From: Candidatus Micrarchaeota archaeon
Lineage (GTDB): Archaea; Micrarchaeota; Micrarchaeia; Micrarchaeales; CABMGC01
DNA: 62,545 nucleotides
Direction: 5' to 3'
Assembly (NCBI GenBank): GCA_021792235.1
Contig: JAJYVC010000002.1
Coordinates: forward strand, 1-62,545
Each line of letters starts with the position of its first letter. The stretch's first letter is position 1. Under the pieces are notes generated by a model. That model was given only the letters and a program-made list of their open reading frames with translations, was not told where the DNA came from and did no database searches. This document shows, piece after piece, positions 56,276 to 62,545 of the stretch. The position numbers and the translations under genes are program-made.

Positions 56276-56356
56276 GCAATCAGTATGGTATTGCACAGAA
56301 AGCAATATATATGTGGCAATGCAATGGTTTTCCTGACGGTATAATCTGTTTTTGCA

Positions 56357-57292
56357 ATGATGAATATGCGCATATTGCTGCAGTTTCCCGAGGGCTTGAA
56401 GCAGGAGGCTCTTAGGCATGCCAAGGAGCTTGAGGGACAGGGGAACGAGGTGGTAGTATCCGCCACCCCCACATTTGGTGCGTGCGACCTGGCAATTGAC
56501 GAGGCGAAGAACATCGGCGCTGAGAAGATAGTCCATTTCGGCCATGCGGAATTCCACAGAGTAGATTTCAACGTCGAATACGTGCCTTATCAGATCAATG
56601 CTGATTTCAGCATACTAGACAGGGCCGTTGAGCCGCTCAGGCAGTTCAAGACAGTAGGAATAGTCACCACGATACAGCACATACACCAGCTCGACAAGGT
56701 TGCTGACTTCTTTAGGCAGCATGGCAAAGAGGTGGTGATAGGCAAGCCTTACGGCTTCGCGAAGAAGCCTGGCCAGATACTCGGGTGCGATGCTGGCAGT
56801 GCGGCAAGCGTAAATGGCAGGGTTGATGCGTTGGTATACTTCGGCGGGGGTATGTTTCACCCTCTTGGTGCGCTTCTGGTGACTACTAAGCCGTTCCTTC
56901 TGATAGAGCCGTTCCAGGGCACAGTGGAGTTCATAGACAAGTACAGGGAAATATATTCCAAGAGGAGCAGGGGCAAGATCCTTGCATCTGTTGATGCAAA
57001 GAACATCGGCATACTTGTGACAACTAAGAACGGTCAGAACAACATGCCAATGGCCAGGATACTTAAGGCAAAGGCAGAGTCCGCAGGGCTGAGCGCTGCA
57101 ATACTCGTATCGAATACCTTCGACTTCGGATCGATAAACAACATGCTTGAGTTCGATGCATTCGTGAACACCGCATGCCCCAGGATATCGATAGATGATA
57201 CAGACAGGCTCAGGAAGCCCCTGCTAAGCGCTAACGAGTTCAATGAAGTCCTCAGAATAAAGGACGAACTAAAAGGAGGGCGCAAACGCTAA
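56357..57292 (+). CDS. dph2: 2-(3-amino-3-carboxypropyl)histidine synthase (diphthamide synthesis, Dph2)
   Basis: ILLQFPEGLKQEAL..., GACDL, TTIQHIHQL, and the NTACPRISIDD pattern of archaeal Dph2. Confidence 0.85.
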   Translation: MMNMRILLQFPEGLKQEALRHAKELEGQGNEVVVSATPTFGACDLAIDEAKNIGAEKIVHFGHAEFHRVDFNVEYVPYQINADFSILDRAVEPLRQFKTVGIVTTIQHIHQLDKVADFFRQHGKEVVIGKPYGFAKKPGQILGCDAGSAASVNGRVDALVYFGGGMFHPLGALLVTTKPFLLIEPFQGTVEFIDKYREIYSKRSRGKILASVDAKNIGILVTTKNGQNNMPMARILKAKAESAGLSAAILVSNTFDFGSINNMLEFDAFVNTACPRISIDDTDRLRKPLLSANEFNEVLRIKDELKGGRKR

Positions 57293-57816
57293 GCGGCCTT
57301 GGCAATTATCCTTGCCATCTCAACGTAATAAGTGGTTGACGGATTTGTTGAGGTGGTGTATTCTGCCCATATTGTACCAGTGAGTACGGTGCCTACGCCC
57401 CAAGTTATTCCTGGGGGGGAGTAGATTGACACCTGCGCTGTCTGGCCAGATTGCAATCCGCCAGGTATCACGGCATCTACTTCATTAGGCTTGTTGTATA
57501 TCTGGGACGGTATGCCGCTTGCTGTAAAAGATGAGGAGTTGGCTTCTGTTATGTAGTAGATGGTGACTGTTGGCCAGTTTACGCCGGTATTCTGGCCTAC
57601 GATAAATGTTGCCTGCGCAGGGCTAGCACCACGGTTTGCAAGGAAGGTCACTGAATTGCATGCGAATCCTGGCAGCGGAGTGCAAGCGGTCTGCAGTGGA
57701 TTTCCGCTGTTCTGCGAGAAGGTGAATGCGATTACTATTACTATTGCGATTATGAGGATCGCCCAGCCATACGTGATCAAGTACTCCATTGCACTCTGAA
57801 GCTTTAGGTTTTTCAT
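57289..57816 (-). CDS. type IV pilin-like protein (class III signal peptide), paralog A
   Basis: MKNLKL|QSAMEYLITYGWAILIIAIVIVIAF, then a Thr/Gly/Ser/Ala-rich globular part. GTG 57825 is an alternative start. Confidence 0.75.
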   Translation of the reverse strand: MKNLKLQSAMEYLITYGWAILIIAIVIVIAFTFSQNSGNPLQTACTPLPGFACNSVTFLANRGASPAQATFIVGQNTGVNWPTVTIYYITEANSSSFTASGIPSQIYNKPNEVDAVIPGGLQSGQTAQVSIYSPPGITWGVGTVLTGTIWAEYTTSTNPSTTYYVEMARIIAKAA

Positions 57817-57867
57817 ATATTTCACTTGATCGTGCTCAGTTTCGACCTTCCTCAGTGTAATGATACA

Positions 57868-57900
57868 GAAATAAAAATAAAAAGAAAGGAAAAGAAAAAG
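57868..57900 (-). terminator. oligo-T tract terminator candidate between the tandem pilin genes
   Basis: The minus strand reads CTTTTTCTTTTCCTTTCTTTTTATTTTTATTTC, starting about 10 nt after the paralog B stop (57910). Archaeal termination commonly occurs at T-runs. Confidence 0.5.
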
Positions 57901-57909
57901 CAGGCTGAA

Positions 57910-58470
57910 TTATACCTGCTTTAGGTTTACTCCTGTTGTCAGCTGTTGTGCGTATACTACACTACTTGATGACGTTGTGTAAACCGCCCAAATCTGGCCG
58001 GATGCCGAGGCTCCATTTGACCCTGAATTGCTGTTAGGGAAGTATACCGAAACGGCCTGTCCGCTGGCAATGGTGGTTGATCCTCCATTCAAAATTGTTC
58101 CGCATATTGGACCAATTGTTCCTCCGGTTCCTAAAGTTATAGAATTGGTTTGCATTACACCAGGAAGGCAGTTAAGTGCAGGCGAGCTGCCTGTTACCCA
58201 AGCCAAGGTGTATCCATTTGGTATCCATACGATATTGGCGCTTGCCCAAGTTGTACCTGTTGCCTGACCGACGATTGCATTAAATGCGCCGCTTGTTAGT
58301 ACTGGACTCTGGCACGTGATTCCTGACTGAGCAAGACATGTAGTGCCCAGTGGACTTCCTCCCAGTATTCCTAGGGAGAACAATGCTACCATGACAACAG
58401 CTATGATGAGTATTGCCCACCCGTAGGTCATCAGGTATTCCATAGCGCTTTGTAGCTTTATATTTGCCAT
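57910..58470 (-). CDS. type IV pilin-like protein (class III signal peptide), paralog B
   Basis: MANIKL|QSAMEYLMTYGWAILIIAVVMVALF, then a Gly/Thr/Ser-rich mature domain. A TATA-like CATATTTAAATAC lies upstream. Confidence 0.75.
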   Translation of the reverse strand: MANIKLQSAMEYLMTYGWAILIIAVVMVALFSLGILGGSPLGTTCLAQSGITCQSPVLTSGAFNAIVGQATGTTWASANIVWIPNGYTLAWVTGSSPALNCLPGVMQTNSITLGTGGTIGPICGTILNGGSTTIASGQAVSVYFPNSNSGSNGASASGQIWAVYTTSSSSVVYAQQLTTGVNLKQV

Positions 58471-58550
58471 AAAAGACCCTTTTTCTTAATTTTTAAGCAA
58501 CTGAAAAGTATTTAAATATGCTTCTTGCCGTTCCAATATTATGGTTGAAG

Positions 58551-59108
58551 CTATCGGCCTATCCTGAGCATCTCATTCATTACGCTCTCGAGCTGTATTC
58601 TTGCCGAATCCTGCTTCCTCCTGAAATCAGGGAGTATCGAATTTGCAAATCGCATGTGCAGCGTCGAATCGTATATGTCTGACATTATTTCATAATAGGA
58701 TCTTGCCTTCGCATACTCCTTCCTTCTTATCGATTCTATGGACTCCCTCTTCAGCTCCCCTATCACATCCATAAGACCTAGTAAGTATGGCACCTCGCCT
58801 TCGCCAACTTCCTTCATGTCTGGAAGCTTGCCTCTCGTCAATATATTATGCAATATCAATGCTTCGGAATATTCCTGGTGGGCCTGAAGCGAGTAGTATT
58901 CGAATCCACTGTCAACTGCAGATAAGGCCGATTTGAGCTTTTTCAGCCTGCGTATGTGTCCTGCTGCCTTTGTTGCCCCGTAGGCATGCATGAATGCTAT
59001 TGCCTTGCCTGCCTCCCTTATTAGCTCCCTTGACTGCTGCATGACCAGGTCCCGCCCATGTTCAAGTTTCAAGACCTTCTCCTCTATCTTTTTAAGGTCA
59101 GGTATCAT
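58551..59108 (-). CDS. translin-family protein
   Basis: All-helical, 185 aa, with PYLLGLMDVIGELKRE, the translin signature Y.xG.xDxxGEL.R as I recall it. Confidence 0.55.
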   Translation of the reverse strand: MIPDLKKIEEKVLKLEHGRDLVMQQSRELIREAGKAIAFMHAYGATKAAGHIRRLKKLKSALSAVDSGFEYYSLQAHQEYSEALILHNILTRGKLPDMKEVGEGEVPYLLGLMDVIGELKRESIESIRRKEYAKARSYYEIMSDIYDSTLHMRFANSILPDFRRKQDSARIQLESVMNEMLRIGR

Positions 59109-59966
59109 TCAAATCATCCTCTTTTCCCTTCCATACCAGAATATGTATTGCTGCGCATAACCCCTATATTTACCCCATCGTTCAGCTGAGAAGTCGTGTA
59201 TCTGGCGCATGCTAGTTTTTCTCCCGTTGAAATACGCTTTCTCCATGACCCTCTTGACCCATACGTCTATTGGAAAGGCCTCTAGTTTGTTGTATCCGAA
59301 GAGCAGTATGCAGTCTGCCACTTTATCTCCTATGCCGTCAAGCGCCATGAGCTTTGCCTTTGCATCATCATACTTCATCCTGTAAAGCCGCTTGGCATCA
59401 AATCCTGACGAGAACTCCTCTGCCAGGCGCTTTATGTACCTGTCCCTGAATCCTGTGCCGCATGCTCTTATCCGAGCGGTGCTGGAATCTGCAATCTGCT
59501 CTGGTCCAGGAAACAGGTGGATTCCATCATATACTGGCCCGAATTCGTTTATCAGGTTTCGCATTATGCCCCTTATCCTCTTGATGTTGTTGAACTGGGA
59601 CACTACAAAGCATAGTGCAGTCTCCCAAGGGTCGTTGCACGTTATCCTAAGTCCGTGGAACTCTTTTATGGCCTTTGCCATGAATTCGTCAGTGGATATG
59701 CTTTTGTAAATGTGCATTATATCTTCGTCTATAGAGAACCTTCTGCGTATCTCCTCCCCAGCTGAAGATTTCGTGTATTCTCCCTCGAAGGTATAGTCTG
59801 CCCTTTCCCCGGATAACCTGAACCAAATAATCCCTTTCTGGGTAACGTAGCGCAGCTCCTCTTTGCCATGCTGCCTTGTATAGTCTGAATAGAAGGCGAG
59901 AGGCTGGCCGCTTTCTATTGTGTGCCTGAGGCTGAAGTCCTTGATTATTAGCATAGAATCAGTCAA
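59109..59966 (-). CDS. ogg: 8-oxoguanine DNA glycosylase/AP lyase (OGG1-type HhH-GPD)
   Basis: HhH-GPD motif LMALDGIGDKVADCILLFG (catalytic Lys), followed by FPIDVWVKR (catalytic Asp). Confidence 0.8.
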   Translation of the reverse strand: MTDSMLIIKDFSLRHTIESGQPLAFYSDYTRQHGKEELRYVTQKGIIWFRLSGERADYTFEGEYTKSSAGEEIRRRFSIDEDIMHIYKSISTDEFMAKAIKEFHGLRITCNDPWETALCFVVSQFNNIKRIRGIMRNLINEFGPVYDGIHLFPGPEQIADSSTARIRACGTGFRDRYIKRLAEEFSSGFDAKRLYRMKYDDAKAKLMALDGIGDKVADCILLFGYNKLEAFPIDVWVKRVMEKAYFNGRKTSMRQIHDFSAERWGKYRGYAQQYIFWYGREKRMI

Positions 59967-59992
59967 TTCAGTTTCACTCGCTCATATTTTAT

Positions 59993-61084
59993 ATGTTATA
60001 TTTGATATCATATCAGGTAATATTCTTGACTGGTAAACTGTCCGCGCTCATATTCACAAGGAACGCGTTTCAGAAGTCGATTTCACTTGTTGATGATCTT
60101 TACGGATACGTTGATGAGATAGTAATTATTGACAGCAGTGATGCGAAGACCTATTCGGAGCTGCTGAAAGAGAAAGCAAAGAGGAGGCTTGAGAAGCTCA
60201 GGACATTCCATGCAGTAGCGCTAGGGTACCCTGACCCGCTTAGGATGTATGCGCTTGGAAAATGCCGCAATAGGTGGGTGCTGCTTGTAGATACTGATGA
60301 GCGCATAAGCGCCTCGCTGAAGAAGGATCTGCACAAGCTTATAGAAGAGAGCGACGTGGCCGCATTCTCGATAAGAAGATATGAAAACGTATGGAAGGGC
60401 GGGAAGGGAGCGTACACGAACTGGCAGACAAGGCTGTTTAGGAAAGATAAGATAAGCTTCAGGGGCATAATACATGAGGAACCAATAGTTAGAGGCGCGA
60501 CAAGTAAGCTGGACAACTCGGATTATTTCATAGACCACGTCAACAGCCTGCGCAGCGGCACTTCTCGGGAGTACGGAGTCATGGAGAGGTTCCTGCGCAT
60601 GTCCTACAGATCCTTCAACGACAGGCTGATAGACCACTTCTACAAGGTTACTGTACCATCAAGGCAGAATAGGGCTGGCTCGTTTGGTGGCAGCCTCAGG
60701 GCGCTGCTTCTACTTTACGAGAAGCTGGGCAACAAGAAGCCTGACCAGGAGATAAGCGACTTCGACTACTTCGCGTTCTATTACCTTTATGCATTGGCAA
60801 CGAACCTGAAGGAACACAGGCCAAGCGGGATCATCACAAGCTTTGGCGACGGGAAGACAAGGCTTGGCATGATAAAGAAATGGCAGAATGCGCCTGGCGG
60901 TGACACTGATTTCGGCATATCGAAGGAGATTTACAGGAAAGGGATCATAGGGTTTCTGGGATTGGATAGCCAGAGAACGGTGCAGAGAATAAACGAGAGA
61001 TTCGGCAGGGAAAGGGGAGGAGTAGAGCTGCTCATAAAGCTGCTCAAGCTCAGATATGAAAAGGGAGAGAGATGGCTGGACTGA
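59993..61084 (+). CDS. glycosyltransferase family 2-like protein
   Basis: LSALIFTRNAF...VDEIVIIDSSD...LLVDTDERIS (DxD). The start is uncertain; TTG at 60026 is an alternative. Confidence 0.65.
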   Translation: MLYLISYQVIFLTGKLSALIFTRNAFQKSISLVDDLYGYVDEIVIIDSSDAKTYSELLKEKAKRRLEKLRTFHAVALGYPDPLRMYALGKCRNRWVLLVDTDERISASLKKDLHKLIEESDVAAFSIRRYENVWKGGKGAYTNWQTRLFRKDKISFRGIIHEEPIVRGATSKLDNSDYFIDHVNSLRSGTSREYGVMERFLRMSYRSFNDRLIDHFYKVTVPSRQNRAGSFGGSLRALLLLYEKLGNKKPDQEISDFDYFAFYYLYALATNLKEHRPSGIITSFGDGKTRLGMIKKWQNAPGGDTDFGISKEIYRKGIIGFLGLDSQRTVQRINERFGRERGGVELLIKLLKLRYEKGERWLD

Positions 61085-62142
61085 AGATAGCGATGATCAA
61101 CGGTATAATGCCGATGGCCGGGAGCGGGGACGGCATAACAGAATACGCGTACAGCATGTACCTGCAGCTCAAGCGGAGGAACAGGGTTGGCCTGGTATAT
61201 GCCATAGAGAGGGCAAGAAAGAACGACGTGGGCGGACTGATAAGGATAAATTCCATGCTCAGCACCCAGGTCAAACGGGCCGCAAGGGAGGAATATGACA
61301 TATACCACATAATGAACCAGGAAGTAGGATTCGCGGCTGCGGATCTGAAGTCAACAAGCCGCAGCGGCAAGGTTGTTACCACAATCCACGACATATCAAG
61401 GTTTGAGAATGGGCTGCATAGGGGAGCGCTGCAAAGAGCATACAACGCAATGATAAAGAGGAGCGTCAGCAAGGCCATCAAGAATTCAGATTTCCTCATC
61501 TTTGACTCGAAGCAGACCATGCGCGAGGTCGGCAAAAGATTCGGTACAGTGAATGGGGCTGTTGTAAACATAGGCATAGACAAGCGCTTCTCTGGCAAAA
61601 TGACAAGAAAGAGGAATGAAGCATTTACTGTAGGCTACATCGGCTCGTTCGCACACCATAAAAACGTGGCGATGGTGCTTGCTGCCGCTTCGATCATGAA
61701 AAATGCTGACGTGGATTTTCGCATCTACGGCGCAGGAACAGAGGAGGGCAGCCTAGCGGCATTTGCAGAAAGGAATGGATTGCAGAGGCTAACAATGGCA
61801 GGATTTGCGCCAGAATCCAGGAAGGTGCAGATATACGACAGCTTCGATGCTTTCGTCTTCCCTAGCCTCTATGAGGGATTCGGGCTTCCCATACTTGAGG
61901 CACAGGCCAGGGGCCTACCCGTCATAATATACAGGCGCGGGAAAATACCCGATGAGGTAAGGAAGTACTGCTTCGAGGCGGAGGATGAGGCGCACATGGC
62001 GCAGATCATAGAGGGGCTCAGGGAGAACGGCTACAACGAAAAAAGGAGGAAAACCGCTATGGCGTATGCGAGGAGCTTCACTTGGGATAAGTGTGCAAAG
62101 GAGACGCTGAAAGTGTACGCGCAGGTGCTGGGAAATCAATAA
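61072..62142 (+). CDS. glycosyltransferase, GT-B fold (group 1 / GT4-like)
   Basis: FVFPSLYEGFGLPILEAQARGLPVI (the E-x7-E region). Overlaps the upstream GT2 gene by 13 nt. Confidence 0.85.
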   Translation: MAGLKIAMINGIMPMAGSGDGITEYAYSMYLQLKRRNRVGLVYAIERARKNDVGGLIRINSMLSTQVKRAAREEYDIYHIMNQEVGFAAADLKSTSRSGKVVTTIHDISRFENGLHRGALQRAYNAMIKRSVSKAIKNSDFLIFDSKQTMREVGKRFGTVNGAVVNIGIDKRFSGKMTRKRNEAFTVGYIGSFAHHKNVAMVLAAASIMKNADVDFRIYGAGTEEGSLAAFAERNGLQRLTMAGFAPESRKVQIYDSFDAFVFPSLYEGFGLPILEAQARGLPVIIYRRGKIPDEVRKYCFEAEDEAHMAQIIEGLRENGYNEKRRKTAMAYARSFTWDKCAKETLKVYAQVLGNQ

Positions 62143-62221
62143 TATGATTGTGTTTTCCGTCATAAAATGCGGGTTTCACAAAAGGATATAAATACGCAGG
62201 TGGAGATAAAATCGTGATATT

Positions 62222-62545
62222 ATGGCCGAGATTAGGGGCAAGAAGATAATAGTAACCGGAGGCGCAGGCTTCATAGGAAGCAATCTTGTTGAGAGGCTTT
62301 CGAACAACAACAAGGTGCTTGTGATAGACAATCTGCATACCGGGTCAGCATTGAACCTCAAAGGAGCTATGAAAACGGGCAATGTCAAATTCAAGAGGAT
62401 GGACTCAGGAGCAATAAGCGACGCTGGATTCGACGCTGATGTAGTATTCCACCTTGGCATGTACTCCTCATCTCCGATGTACAGGAAGGACCCGCAGCTG
62501 CTGGGCAAGGTGACTTCAGGCATGGTGAACATTCTAGAGTACATA
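62222..62545 (+). CDS. NAD-dependent epimerase/dehydratase (extended SDR), 3'-truncated by the window edge
   Basis: My own translation: [26 protein letters not shown]...VIDNLHTGS.... The frame is open to the last base. It is absent from the ORF track because no stop lies in the window. Confidence 0.8.
   Translation, partial: MAEIRGKKIIVTGGAGFIGSNLVERLSNNNKVLVIDNLHTGSALNLKGAMKTGNVKFKRMDSGAISDAGFDADVVFHLGMYSSSPMYRKDPQLLGKVTSGMVNILEYI

Noticed and set aside
57868-57900. The A-rich tract could be read as a plus-strand low-complexity or poly(A) feature.
   Set aside because: There is no plus-strand gene context. On the minus strand it is a series of T-runs immediately after a pilin stop codon, which fits an archaeal terminator. 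It is reported as such with moderate confidence.

Overview
This is a gene-dense, mostly syntenic archaeal chromosome segment of about 62.5 kb, with roughly 75 genes and very short intergenic regions. Archaeal origin is supported by several features: an L3-L4-L23-L2-S19-L22-S3-L29-SUI1 ribosomal operon, L10e, Dph2, the HMG-CoA synthase/thiolase/DUF35 trio, class I HMG-CoA reductase, two-subunit 2-oxoacid:ferredoxin oxidoreductase, class III (type IV pilin-like) signal peptides and Sua5. The lineage cannot be assigned without database searches. Features worth a second look, in window order: (1) The window opens inside an intein that splits the P-loop of an AAA+ ATPase. (2) A 12-kb haem cluster runs from 5.1 to 17 kb. 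It contains a HemQ/chlorite-dismutase-like gene, an ABM protein, a HemC-HemD fusion, HemE, HemA, an AhbD-like radical SAM/SPASM gene, HemB, two divergent ferrochelatase paralogs and a stand-alone cytochrome b. This is the bacterial coproporphyrin-dependent gene set, not the siroheme-dependent route usual for archaea. (3) A decayed IS200/IS605-type TnpB pseudogene with a 3' hairpin sits exactly between the two ferrochelatase genes. (4) tRNA-Gln(UUG) is followed by a bacterial-type uvrB-uvrA-uvrC operon. (5) One protein combines a winged-helix domain, a receiver domain and a degenerate GGDEF-like domain. (6) An acetyl-CoA-to-mevalonate supercluster is present. (7) A nine-gene type IV pilus/Tad-like locus (ATPase, split platform protein, six pilin-like genes) is divergent from a small wHTH gene across an 18-bp perfect palindrome. 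Two tandem major-pilin candidates lie 9 kb away. (8) A Ni-superoxide dismutase gene (sodN) is paired with its maturation protease gene (sodX). (9) There are two nucleotide-sugar/glycosyltransferase blocks. No CRISPR array, rRNA gene or recognisable defence system was seen. All family assignments come from motif recognition by eye in the supplied translations, and none has been checked against a database.
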